Notes under the pieces: model-generated
What the model was told of the DNA's origin: nothing
Seen by the model: the letters and a program-made list of their open reading frames with translations, nothing else
The model's database searches: none
Shown here: positions 26,996 through 40,027 of the stretch, piece by piece
How the letters are laid out: every line of letters starts with the position of its first letter
How positions within the stretch are numbered: position 1 is the stretch's first letter
Position numbers and translations under genes: made by a program
Assembly (NCBI GenBank): GCA_951406725.2
Contig: OX597827.1
Span: 60,760,001 to 60,824,000, forward strand
Direction: 5' to 3'
Length of the DNA: 64,000 bases
From: Octopus vulgaris
Taxonomy: Eukaryota

Positions 26996-28010
26996 TCTTC
27001 CCTCACTAGGAAGGCTCCACTAACCCACCACATGGCAACCTGTGTTGGTTTGTTTGCATCACCATAACTTAGTTGTTTTACAAAGAAAGACCAACAAATA
27101 AGACTAGAATAAATGTCAGACATATCAGAAAACAAAAATCAAAACGAACAAATACTGGTGTCAGTTTATTTAACAAAACTTTTCAAATTGTGGTCCCAGC
27201 ATGGCTGCTGTCCAATGACTGGAACAAGGAAAAGAGGAAAGAATATAAAAGAAAATGTATAAAAGAGGACAGCCTTCGTTACCAATTAACTTAATTACAA
27301 CTGGAGGAAATGCTGATTGCAACACAAGCTGCCATAAAAAGGTTATACACTTGATGTTGTCAGTGATCAATCAGGTTGCTAAAGAACACCCGGGGAAAAA
27401 TCGAAATTTCTACTCTAGCGTCGTATGGTATTCTACCGTCAATTATCACTCGACAGGCATATTGAATCAACAACAACAGCTACAACAACGATAACAGTGA
27501 CAATAACAGCAACAACAACAACAATGACAACAAGAAAATCAATGGGAATTGTGAACATTCGATCAAAATTGATTAACTTTCTCCAAAGTAATATTATTAA
27601 TAGACTATGGGGAAACCTGGAATGAAGAGATTATATACTAAGTGCAAAGAGAGCCAAAAATACACAAGTGAATTATGGCTTTTGATAAACCACAGGAATT
27701 GCCAAGTTGAAACACTCAACAACCAGTTAATTAACTTTCAGTCAGGAAATGCATGGGGTATACATTTTATTTTTTTTATCTTTTACTTGTTTCATTCATT
27801 GGACTGTGACCATGCTGGGGCACTGCCTTAAAGAATTATTAATTGAACGAATCGATCCCAGAACTTATTATTATTTTTTCTTTTTCTTTTCCTTTAAGCC
27901 TGGTACTTATTCTGTTGGTCTCTTTTGCTGCACTGCTAAGTTATGGGCATGTAAACACACCAACACCAGGTGGTGGTGGTGGGGGAGGGACAAATACACA
28001 CAACACACAC

Positions 28011-28058
<48 letters not shown>

Positions 28059-29092
28059 TGACAGGTTTGTTTCAATTTCTGTCTACCATATCCACTCACA
28101 TAGCTTTGGTCAGCTTGAGGCTATAGGAGAAGACACCTGCCCAAGGTGCAACACAGTGAGACTGAACCCAAGTTTCTGGCTGAGTGAATTGCGTCATGAT
28201 GTTGTTTTTCTTACAGATGGTGCCCATACTATACTGTGTAGTCAATACTATACTATACTGTGTAGTCTATACTACCTGACGATACTATACTGTGTAGTCG
28301 ACAAAATCAAAAATGGACAATGTGCATATGTGAAATTGAAAATATAAAATGGTGACAATTTACCTATCGCACCTTGTATACATACATACAGACACACACA
28401 CATATATATATATATATGCCACTGGACTGACTCCTGTGCAGGTGGCACATAAAAAACACCACTTGAGCATGGCCGTTGCCAGTACCGCCTGACTGGCCCT
28501 CGTGCTGCTGGCATGTAAAAGCACCCACTACACTCTCATAGTGGTTGGCGTTAGGAAGGGCATCCAGCTGTAGAAACTCTGCCAAATCAGATTGGAGCTT
28601 GGTGCAGCCATCTGGTTTGCCAGTCCACAGTCCACAGTCAAGTCATCCAACCCATGCTAGCATGGAAAATGGAAATTAAACAATGATGATGATGACATTA
28701 TCCTAAAATGTATAGTATTAAATATCCAATCGGTTTCATGTAAAGAATGCAATTGAGTGTAACAAACTGATTATATAACTTTATATTGGAGCTTGGTGCA
28801 GCCATCTGGTTTGCCAGTCCACAGTCCACAGTCAAATCATCCAACCCATGCTAGCATGGAAAATGGAAATTAAACAATGATGATGATGACATTATCCAAA
28901 ATGTATAGTATTAAATATCCAATCGGTTTCAGGTAAAGAATGCAATTGAGTGTAACAAACTGATTATATAACTTTATGTTCATCAGAGTTAGCTGATATG
29001 GAAGTGAATATGGTGACTGCTCTCTAACCCTAACCCTAACCCTTATGGTGTATTATAAGTAAATGAATAATGAATGATGGATAAATGTCAGC

Positions 29093-29173
29093 TCATTACA
29101 GCCGTTTCTTACACATTTTTAATAGAAGAATGAGTACATTTCATCACTTCAAAAAACAGTAATCATCAGATGA
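29093..29173 (-). ncRNA. Type I hammerhead motif (left arm)
   Basis: Reverse complement: tcat CTGATGA ttac...gtaa GAAA cggctg TA atga. Confidence 0.7.
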
Positions 29174-29881
29174 AACATAATTTCAAAACAGAAGTATATC
29201 CCACGAACGCAGTGGGAACATGCCTGAAGCCAACCAGAGCTAACAGTGAAATGGGAGAAAAACTGACAAAAATTGGCTGTTGTGAGCATTAGCGAGTGGG
29301 GTGAGAAAGTGTTATACGGTACTTATGGTCAGTGACTGGGGGAATGGGATAGAAGAAGTAAATTGGAGCAGCTAAAAGTTTAAAAAAGTGGGTTGCAGGA
29401 ATGAATAGAAAATAAAAAAGAGGCAAGCTGGCAGAAACTTTAGCACGCCGGGTGAAATGCTTAACCGTATTTCGTCTACAGCGACATTCTGAGTTCAAAT
29501 TCCGCCAAGGTCGACTTAGCCTTTCATCTTTACAGGGTCAATTAAATAAGTACCAGTTACGCACTGGGGTCATTATAATCAACTTAATCCCTTTGTCCAT
29601 CCTTGTTTGTCCACTCTATGTTTAGCCCCTTGTGGGCAATAAAGAAATAAGAAGATAAAAAAGATGAAAAAAGAAATAAATATATGCATAAGAAAAGCAC
29701 AATTAAGTGACCCCTGGTCACTGAACATAAGTATCATATTACACCTTCTCACCCTCACCCTTTAATGTCCTTAACAGCCAATTTTTGTTGGTTTTTTCTC
29801 TTATTTCATGCTTAGCTTTGGTTGGCTTCAGGCATGTTCCCACTGCGTTCTTGGGATATCCTATTCTTTTGAAATTATGTT

Positions 29882-29927
29882 TCTTCTGATGATTACAGTT
29901 TTTGGGTGTAAGAAATAGCTGTAATGA
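29882..29927 (+). ncRNA. Type I hammerhead motif (right arm, short stem II loop)
   Basis: tctt CTGATGA ttac agtttttgggt gtaa GAAA tagctg TA atga. Confidence 0.65.
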
Positions 29928-31140
29928 GCTGACATTTATCCATCATCTGTTTTTCTTCATTTGCTTATATATATATAGGTGCAGGAGTGGCTGTGTGGTA
30001 AGTAGCTTGCTTACCAACCACATGGTTCCAGGTTCAGTCCCACTGCATGGCACCTTGGGCAAGTGTCTTCTACCATAGCCTTGGGCCGACCAAAGCCATG
30101 TGAGTGGATTTGGTAGATGGAAACTGAAGGCAGCCCATCATATATATATATGCATGTGTGTGTATATGTTTGTGTGTCTGTGTTTGTCCTACCAACATCG
30201 CTTGACAACTGATGCTGGTGTGTTTCTACAGCTGGATGACCTTCCTAACGCCAACCACTCTGAGTGTAGTGGATGCTTTTACGTTCCACCAGCATGAGGG
30301 CCAGTCAGGCAGTACTGGCAAAAGCCATGCTCAAATGGTGTTTTTTACGTACCACCTGCACAGGAGCCAGTCCAGCAGCACTGGCAACGACCTTGCTTGA
30401 ATGTTTTTACACATACCACTGACACAAGTGCCAATAATGCAACGCTGGTAACGATCACACTCGAATGGTGCTTTTTATGTGCCACCAGCACGGAAGCCAG
30501 TTAGCTGCTCTGGCAATGATCACACTCGGATGGTGCTCTTAGCGCTCCAGTAGCACAGATGCCAGTCATCGAATTTGATGTCAATTTCAATTTCACTTGC
30601 CTCAACAGGTCTTCGCAAGCAGAGTTTAGTGTCCAATGAAGGAAAGGTATGCATAAGTGGGCTGGTTACACCCCTGGCATAGGCCACGAGGTTATGGTCT
30701 CACTTGGCTTGCCGGGTCTTCTCAAGCACAGCATATTTCCAAAAGTCTCTGTCACTAGTCATTGCCTCGGTGAGGCCTAATGTTCGAAGGTCGTGCTTCA
30801 CCACTTCATCCCAGGTCTTCCTGGATCTACCTTTGTATGTATGTATATATAATTTAATGTGATATTAGAGAGAGAGAGCGAGTTTATAGGATAGTTCCAT
30901 AATTTCTATTTTGTCCTAATACTTGAACTTACCAAATTATTCCACAAAATTCCCTATGGGGACATTCTTGATTATGCAACAGATCATCACCAATTTCCTT
31001 GCAGTCTATAATGCGTTCTCCTAAATTTATATAAATGGTCAATCTATCTTACCAGCAGTTCATGATAAGTGCTACAAATATTACAGAATTGATGAGACTG
31101 TTACATACAAATAAATCTGAAGACAGAAAACTATACTCAC

Positions 31141-31309
31141 CACCTGCGAAACTTGGTGAGCAGTTACAACAATGGATTATGAAATCCACACGGCATTTCT
31201 CTTCACAATTCACTTGACTATATGAACCAGTATCATCCAGAAGACTTTGTTTCTCAGTCAATACACAGTCCTCCTCGATAGGGTGGAATGGATACCCAAG
31301 CAAAGTTAA
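31141..31309 (-). CDS. DEG/ENaC channel, coding exon 4 (Cys-rich thumb)
   Basis: Acceptor TTTTAG|; LTLLGYPFHPIEEDC...YSQVNCEEKCRVDFIIHCCNCSPSFAG; donor G|GTGAGT, phase 1. Confidence 0.85.
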
Positions 31310-31909
31310 CTAAAATTAGAGACAATGAAAAAGATGCATTAGCAAGTTAGTATAAAAATTTTTCAACAGAATTTCAACTTCTCCTGTTTACAAGGCATTG
31401 GCTTGCTTGAGGCTGCAGTGAAAGGTCACTTTTCTGGGATTAATTTTACTGTCTGGTATCTAAGGTACGTACCTTCTCCTTTAGCTTTGGGTTAGCCAAT
31501 GCTTTGTGAGTGTAATCTGGTAGACATAAATTGTGTCAATCTGCCAGGCCTATTATGTGTGTGTGTGTGTATAAAACTCTTGACTTAACCCTTGCTCAAT
31601 TCCTTCCGTTGTCTTTCTCACAGCAACCACAAACTAGATGTGCCTTTTCCTCCCCAACAATAGAGAGCAGTTGCCATATTTCATTCCATAACTGCCATCT
31701 CTGAAGAACACAAGGTTACATAACTGGACTGTTATCTAACACTCCATTGAACCCCTAGTGTGAAAACAATTGGTAAGATTAGCCATAATAGATACATAAT
31801 ACTGTACACTTAGTTTAATATACCATCTCTATAGACAAATATATGAATGCTTATTTTTTTGACTCATGGGTTCTTATACAGCTATAATATATCATATCTA
31901 TAGTCTTAT

Positions 31910-32430
31910 ACTAGCTTGCAGCCATTGTCAGCTAGCTGCCTTATGCCACCTAACTACCTTACACTAGCTGACTGCCTTATGCCAGCTGATTGCCTTGTCT
32001 GCTCACAGCCTTATGCCAGCACATAGCCTTATGTCACCTTGCTGTCTTATGCTACCTTGATGCCTTGTGTCAGCTTGCTACTTTACCAGCTCACTACCTT
32101 ATACCAGCTCACAGCCTTATGCTAGCTTGCTGTCTTATGCCAACCCACTGCCTTATGTCAACTCACTACCTTATGCTAGCTCTCAGCCCTATGCCAGCTT
32201 ACTGCCTTTTGCCAGCTCACTGCCTTATGCCAGCTTTATGCTAACCCACTGCCTTATGCCAACTCACTGCCTTATGCCAGCTCTCAGGCTTATGCTAGCT
32301 TACTGCCTTATGTCAGCTTACAACCATATGCCAGCTCTCAGCCTTATGCAAGCTTACTGCCTTGTGCTAGCTCTCAGCCTTATGCCAGATCTCTGCATTA
32401 TGTCACTTCACTATCTTTGTTAGCTCACCA
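31910..32430. repeat. 18-bp degenerate minisatellite
   Basis: ctgccttatgccagctca-like units. Confidence 0.85.
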
Positions 32431-32614
32431 CAATACTGTTAAATTTTATGGTCTCATAATCAATTCAGTACATACATGAGCTATTTAATATTTTGAAACA
32501 ATAAATTATAATTTAGTAAGCTTCCTAATCTAAAATAGTCTATTAATTATTAATATACAAGAGTTGGTTTCATACTGTAAATAAAATATAGAAATGGATT
32601 TTTGTTACACTTGC

Positions 32615-32713
32615 CTTCAGTGGATGAATAATAGCAAATGTAGATAATCCAGGGCCAGCAAAAAAACTGCAGTCTTGTTCATAAGCCCTTTTGAAAGGGC
32701 TGTGTACAAATAT
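32615..32713 (-). CDS. DEG/ENaC channel, coding exon 3
   Basis: Acceptor TTTACAG|; IFVHSPFKRAYEQDCSFFAGPGLSTFAIIHPLK (typical xxVH...PG..T segment); non-canonical donor AAG|GCAAGT, phase 0. Confidence 0.85.
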
Positions 32714-32925
32714 CTGTAAATAAACAGTAAACAATGTTTATATAAATGTATAATGTGAAGATAAAGCTGATGGCACTTGGCATTAAAGAATCATACCATT
32801 AGTAAGTATTCAACTGAAATTTTTATAAGTGTTTTAAAATAATGACAATGTTCTGACATTTAAACACATGTGTGTATGTGTGTGCTTGCGCACAACTGTG
32901 TGTAAGTGTATAATATATATTCATG

Positions 32926-32956
<31 letters not shown>

Positions 32957-33189
32957 ATATTTCGGAATGGTCATATTGCCAGTTTAGCCAATAAAAACAC
33001 ACGCACTATATATTTGGTGTTATTTTGCTTCAGTGATATTTATTTTTTACATTAATCTTAATCTTATTTCGGCCAAAGTTCTTTCGTCACACTCCTGTGA
33101 CCGCATCAGTGGTCCTTTGTTTTCTTCTCACTTACTTGTGTCTCTCCTTACTAACGGTTAGTAAGGAGAGACACAAGTAAGAAAACAAA

Positions 33190-33234
33190 GGACCACTGAT
33201 GCGGTCACAGGAGTGTGACGAAAGAACTTTGGCC
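33190..33234 (+). ncRNA. Hammerhead-like motif with A9-to-C core (mirror copy on the minus strand in the left arm)
   Basis: ggacca CTGATGC g gtcac aggagt gtgac GAAA gaac TT tggcc. Confidence 0.5.
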
Positions 33235-33830
33235 GAAATAAGATTAAGATTAATGTAAAAAATAAATATCACTGAAGCAAAATAACACCAAATATATAGT
33301 GCGTGTGTTTTTATTGGCTAAACTGGCAATATGACCATTCCGAAATATAACAATATCTGTTTCAACACACGACTTCACATAAAAAATCTTGCACAACAAA
33401 TATTTAAACGTATATATATATATATATATATATGTTATGTCCCGTCCAGCTGGGGAACACATATGCCATTAAAACCGGGAAACCGGGCCCTTGAGCCTGG
33501 CTAGGCTTTAAAAGGGCACATTTATTTTTATTATATATATATATATATATATAATAAAAATAAATGTGCCCTTTTAAAGCCTAGCCAGGCTCAAGGGCCC
33601 GGTTTCCCGGTTTTAATGGCATATGTGTTCCCCAGCTGGACAGGACACCAGTCCATCACAGCGTTACTCATTTTTGCCACCTGAGTTGACTGGAGCAACG
33701 TGAAATGAAGTGTTTTGCTCAAGAACATAACATGTCGCCCGATCCAGGAATCGAAACCACAATCTTACGATCATGATGCTGACACCCTAACCACTAAGCC
33801 ACGTGCCTCCACACACACACACACACACAC

Positions 33831-33874
<44 letters not shown>

Positions 33875-34248
33875 ATGTGTGTGCGTGTATAACAGACAGA
33901 ATAATGGGCTATATACATTTATTCATTTGAGGCTTGCTACTGTATCACATATGCATTTGTTTGGATCCAGGATTCATCTTGAAACAGCCGTAAAAATGAA
34001 TAAATAAACAAATGTGTACAATCCATTATCTCTGTCTATTTCCTATATCACTCTGTAATAACATACCATCTTAACTTGGTAACGAAACCATGGATTGACA
34101 AATTTGATTAGTGACAAACTTTCATTGTGGATTACTTTGAGTGCAATACCGATCATAGGACTTGTGTGCTAGCTTGGACTATTTTTATCTACAGATAGCT
34201 TAAGAAGTATTTCACCTGGATTACTAATCCCTTATTAATCCTTTGTTT

Positions 34249-34291
<43 letters not shown>

Positions 34292-34354
34292 ATGTATGTA
34301 TGTATGTATATAAATGTATGTATATATATATATGTATATATATATATGTATATA

Positions 34355-34409
<55 letters not shown>

Positions 34410-34446
34410 GTATGTATGTATATATGTATATATATATATATATATG

Positions 34447-34488
<42 letters not shown>

Positions 34489-35028
34489 AGAAGGGGGTAG
34501 TCGATTACATCAACCTCAGAGATTGCTTATATTAATGCAGACATGTAAATACTTTACTTATTAGGAAATATAATAAAATAAATTATTTATGCATGTTTAA
34601 GTTGTGAAACAATTGTTGTGAAATGAGAATTTCTAGTGGTTATATAAATTTTATCATACAATATTTCTCTCGTTATTTATAGGATAAATGGTAAAGAACC
34701 CCTTCAGTCATGAATGACCATGGGATTGCACCTAGAAAGTTACCCTTCGAGACATAAGTCCAAGCAAGATTGTTCATGGAAGATCAGCAGTCGCCCAAGT
34801 ATACCTTCTACACACCAACGATATCATCCAAGCGAAGGCAAAGGATGGTACATCTTGGCACCAGTGACGTTGCAACTCATTTCTATAGCTGAGTGAACTG
34901 GAGCAATGTGAAATAAAGTGTCTTGCTGAAGAACACAACACACAGCCCAATCCAGGAATCAAACTCACTACCTCATGATTGTGAGCCCAAGGCTCTAACC
35001 ATTGAGCCATGTGCTTCCACTATGTAAC

Positions 35029-35077
<49 letters not shown>

Positions 35078-35419
35078 TACATGTTTATATATATAATAGG
35101 TACGTGCATATATATATATATATATAGGCGCAGGAGTGGCTGAGTGGTAAGTAGCTTGCTTACCAACCACATGGTTCTGGGTTCAGTCCCACTGCATGGC
35201 ACCTTGGGCAAGTGTCTTCTACTATAGCCTCAGGCTGACCAAAGCCTTGCTGATGTGTTTACGTCCTCGTAACTTAGTGGTTTGGCAAAAGAGTTTGACA
35301 TAATAAGTACTAGGCTTAGAAAGAATAAGTCTTGGGGTCAGTTAGCTCGACTAAAGGCGGTGCTCCAGCATGGCCGCAGTCAAATGACTGAAACAAGTAA
35401 AAGAGTAAAAGAGAAAAAA

Positions 35420-35468
<49 letters not shown>

Positions 35469-36000
35469 AAGCATATAATCCACAGCAGAAGTGTTAAGGC
35501 TGCTTTCCTGGTGAAGAGGATTAGCCTTGCAAGAGTCCTGTGCTGGTGTCATGTATAAAGTACTTGTGCTGGTGCAATGTAGAAGCACTTGTGCAGTATC
35601 ATGTAAAAGCTCCCAGCACCCTCTGTAAAGTGGTTGGCATCAGGAAGGGCATCCAGCCATAGAAACCATGCCAAATCAAACTGGAACCTGGTGCACCTCT
35701 CAAGCTTGCCAGCTCTGTTTAGACCATCCAACCCATGCCAGCATGGATAACAGATGTTAATGATGATGATGATGATATATATATACTAACTTAAAAGCTG
35801 CCCTATTGGATGACTTTTAAGCTAGTATATAGCTTTTAAGCAACTGACCCTGAATTTCTACTGGCTTGACGTTAACCTCTGTTGGGAGCTTTGAAACCAC
35901 CGGCACTGGCCACTTTGTCTCTGTGAGGCCCAATGCTCAAAAGGTGCTTTTTACATGCCAGTTACATGACATGATATACCATCTACACACCACCGATATC

Positions 36001-36270
36001 ATCTGATGTGGTGTGCAAGAGAAACGGCTGCACTGGTATGGTAATGTGATGCATATGGACAAGAACAGCTGTGTAAAGAAGTGCCAATCTCTAACTGTGG
36101 AGAGAACCTGTTGTAGAGGTAGACCCAGGAAGACATGGGATGAAGTGATGAAGCATAATCTTCGAACTTTGGGCCTCACAGAGGCAATGACTAGTGACCG
36201 AGACCTTTGGTGATATGCTCCCAGCAATACTTGAGAAGGCCCTTCAAGCCAAGTGAAATTGTATCATGGC
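36001..36270 (+). mobile_element. Inverted copy of the same RTE 3' end
   Basis: Near-perfect reverse complement of about 36445-36714. Confidence 0.85.
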
Positions 36271-36444
36271 TGTAACTTTGTGTGTGTGTGTGTGTGGTTC
36301 TGAACCCAGAACCATGTGGTTGGTAAGCAAGCTACTTACCACTCAGCCACTCCTGCGCCTATATATATATATATGTGCACGTACCTATTATATATATAAA
36401 CATGTACTACACACACATACACACACACACACACACAAAGTTAC

Positions 36445-37462
36445 AGCCATGATACAATTTCACTTGGCTTGAAGGGCCTTCTCAAGTATTGCTGGGAGCA
36501 TATCACCAAAGGTCTCGGTCACTAGTCATTGCCTCTGTGAGGCCCAAAGTTCGAAGATTATGCTTCATCACTTCATCCCATGTCTTCCTGGGTCTACCTC
36601 TACAACAGGTTCTCTCCACAGTTAGAGATTGGCACTTCTTTACACAGCTATTCTTGTCCATATGCATCACATTACCATACCAGTGCAGTCGTCTCTCTTG
36701 CACACCACATCTGATGCCTCTTATGCCCGACTTTTCTCTCAAGATGCTTACTCTGTTGTACATGCACACTGACATTGCACATCCAGTGAAGCATACTGGT
36801 TTCATTTCTTTTGTGCCTATGCATGTCTTCAGCTGTCACAGCCCATGTTTCACTACTGTGTAGCATAGCTGTTCATACACAGGCATCATACCATCTGCCT
36901 TTCACTCTGAGGGAGAGGCCCATTGTTGCCAGCTGGGGTAGGAACTCTCTGAACTTAGCCCAGCCTATTTTTATTCTCACAGCTACATTCTCGGAACATC
37001 CACCTCTGCTACTAACTTGGTCACCTACATAACAGAAGCTATCTGCTGCCTCTAGCTTACTTCACTGGCAGTTGATGGAGTCTATTTACTGTTCATTTTC
37101 AGTGTTTATTGTTCCTGCGCATCTTCCACACACAAAAGCTATTTTCCCTGTTAACCTCTATCTGATATTGCTGCACCTCTTATGTGTCCAAAGCTTACAC
37201 TTGGTACATCATTTGGAGTTTCTAACTATGCCTTTTCTACAGATCAAACAGGGTCATCTTCCTGAAGGGATTTGTAATTTATCTGCCCTCCTACTTACTA
37301 AGACTTTGGTTTTTGCTAGGTTAACTGTAAGACCCTTTGATTCTAGACCTTGCTTCCATACCTGACACTTCTCTAGTTCTGGTAGTGATTCAGCTATAAG
37401 AACAAGGTCATCAGAATAAAGGAGTTCCCAAAAGCAAACTGTCTTAGATTCCTCTGTTATTG

Positions 37463-37466
<4 letters not shown>
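36445..37466 (-). mobile_element. RTE-clade LINE, 5'-truncated
   Basis: WELLYSDDLVLIAES (RT YxDD), Cys-rich insert, [31 protein letters not shown]. Confidence 0.85.
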
Positions 37467-37502
<36 letters not shown>

Positions 37503-37545
37503 TGTTTGATTTGCATAATAGTGGTTTTGTCTCTAATTTAATATA

Positions 37546-37593
<48 letters not shown>

Positions 37594-37879
37594 ATGTATG
37601 TATGTATGTATGTATGTATGTATGTATGTACACACACACATAATATATATATTCAGAGATGGCAGGTATGGAGAAACAATATTGTGGTCTCCAACGTCTG
37701 TTTTGGCATAGTTTCTATAGCTGGATGCTCTTCCTAATGCTAACCACTTTGCAGAACGTAAGCATGTACTGTATGCTTTTTAGGCAACACTTACACTTGT
37801 GAGGTTACCAAGTAACCCATAAGAAAAGAACCCCTTAAATGAGGTGGGCGTGCAATATGGAGAGAGTTGACTTTATCTC

Positions 37880-38350
37880 TTGTCTTGTCTTGAGACAGCA
37901 TTTGCCCGGGGTGGGTTGAGCTGGCTTCATTCATCCTCAATGCTGCATCTGTTTCAAATGCCCACCAGACCTGGCGATTTGAGGCTAATGACCACGTGAT
38001 CTCCAACCACTCCTTATTCCAGTGGTGAATGCCGTAGATATGGGGGCCTAGGTTGGGTTCCAGATCAGCCTTGACTGTCATCAGCCAGGTTTTTCGTTGT
38101 CCACCACATCACTTTCGCCAACCCTGAAGGAGAGCTGGGGCAATTGCTTCGTAGATGAATTCTCTTGGTTGATGAAGGTGGGGATGACCCAGCCAATACA
38201 GACGTCTCATTAGGATGACTTGTCGGAGGGAGGTGATTTTGCATTGGTGTCGCACCGAATTGTTGGAGACAAAGTGATGCCATCGGACATGAAGGTTGTG
38301 GTGTAGACAGAGGTGATCGAAGGATTCTAGTCGCTTAATATCTTCCACCC
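37880..38350 (-). mobile_element. RTE-like LINE 3' fragment
   Basis: EDIKRLESFDHLCL...RRLYWLGH...KTWLMTVKADL; (CAAGA)n tail. Confidence 0.7.
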
Positions 38351-38426
38351 TTTATGCCAGGCAATGAGAGGTTCAACAGTGACAGAAGGACAAAAACAAG
38401 CGTCTTAATATTTAAAAATTACTTAC

Positions 38427-38931
38427 CCTTACCCCAGTTGTATAATCCGAATATAAAGCCGAAAAATTTCGAACAATCTCCAATCCATATTTAATGCCAG
38501 GTTTATTGGTAATATGAGGTTCTGTCTTGTTGACTGTATTGAAAGTATAACACTTCAAAATATCATTATCTATAACCATCCATCTGAAACTCCAATCATC
38601 AGCGCATAATTCGTTTGAATTAAACTTTGATTCCATATCTTCATTTTGATCTGCATAAATCAGAGTATATATCGTTTTTTCTTCTAGAGAAAATACAGGG
38701 TTAGTGTAATTTCTTGCACGTAGTCCATCTAGAAGGGCGGAAATTATTGACTGGTTTCTTAAGTTGTAGGGATGGAAGTCACACATGGTGATGCCAGGAA
38801 ACATCAACTTTTCCTGGAGACTGGCTGTATACTGCCTGTTGACTGGGTGAGAGTTGTAAATCATGAAAAGTTTTATTAAATAATATGAGACTATAATCAT
38901 AAAACTTGCCACAATGCCAATGTAAAATAAC
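38427..38931 (-). CDS. DEG/ENaC channel, coding exon 2 (TM1 and FPGITMC motif)
   Basis: Acceptor TTTGTAG|; RLFYIGIVASFMIIVSYYLIKLFMIY (TM1), LMFPGITMCDFHPY, CYTFN, PGIKYGLEIV, TTGVR; donor AGG|GTAAGT, phase 0. Confidence 0.9.
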
Positions 38932-39172
38932 CTACAAAGATAGAAAATAAATGATTAAAGGACATATATTATGAAGCAAAATAGACATCTTGTAGATTAC
39001 ATCAACTAGACGCAGACGTGGATGTGCAGTGAAAAGTTTGCTTCTCAGCACATGCTTCTGGGTTCAGTCCCACTGCATGACACCTTGGGCAAGTGTCTTT
39101 TGTAATAGCTCCAGGCTAATGAAAGCCTTGTAAATGGATTTGGCAGACAGAAACTGAAAGAAACCTGTTGTG

Positions 39173-39218
<46 letters not shown>

Positions 39219-39898
39219 AGATAAGAAAATGGAGAAATACATCCAAATCTAATATCAATTACCAGATAATACTCAATCACATACTTTATTAAACCACTAC
39301 ATAAGAGACTGTAGGGTTAAACATAAAAAAGCAGAACAAATCAGTGTACATAAAGGAATGTACATAAAAAAAGTGTACATAAAAGAGTGATGTTGTATAA
39401 TAAGTAGAATATATATAAAAAAGGCCAATATTGGTAAAATGAGACATACTTATCTACATGGCCGAAACAGCTGTAAGATGTAATCTATACTTATATTTAT
39501 ATTTACTTATATGTATATTCTCTTTTTTATATATATTCTACTTATTATACAACATCACTCTTTTATGTACACTTTTTTATGTACATTCCTTTATGTACAC
39601 TGATTTGTTCTGCTTTTTATATTTAACCCTACAGTCTCTTATGTGGTGGTTTAATAAAATATGTGATTGAGTATTATCTGGTAATTGATATTTGATTTAG
39701 ATGTATTTCTCCATTTTCTTATCTTGTATTAGTAACTTGTGGTAAATCATTTTACCTTTGCCCATATAATACAGTAAATGAATTGATTGCATCACAATCC
39801 TTAACATTTATGTATTAACTTTGTTGGGTACTTCACTAGCAGTATATTGGATATATGTTATCCCATGGAGGGTTGCATTTACAACCCCTATCTCAATT

Positions 39899-39965
<67 letters not shown>

Positions 39966-39994
39966 ATATGTATATATATGTGTATATATATATG

Positions 39995-40027
<33 letters not shown>

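Noticed and set aside
31049-31140. Extension of channel exon 4 to the donor near 31052
   Set aside because: The peptide loses DEG/ENaC similarity and the phase does not fit exon 5; the donor at 31140 fits.
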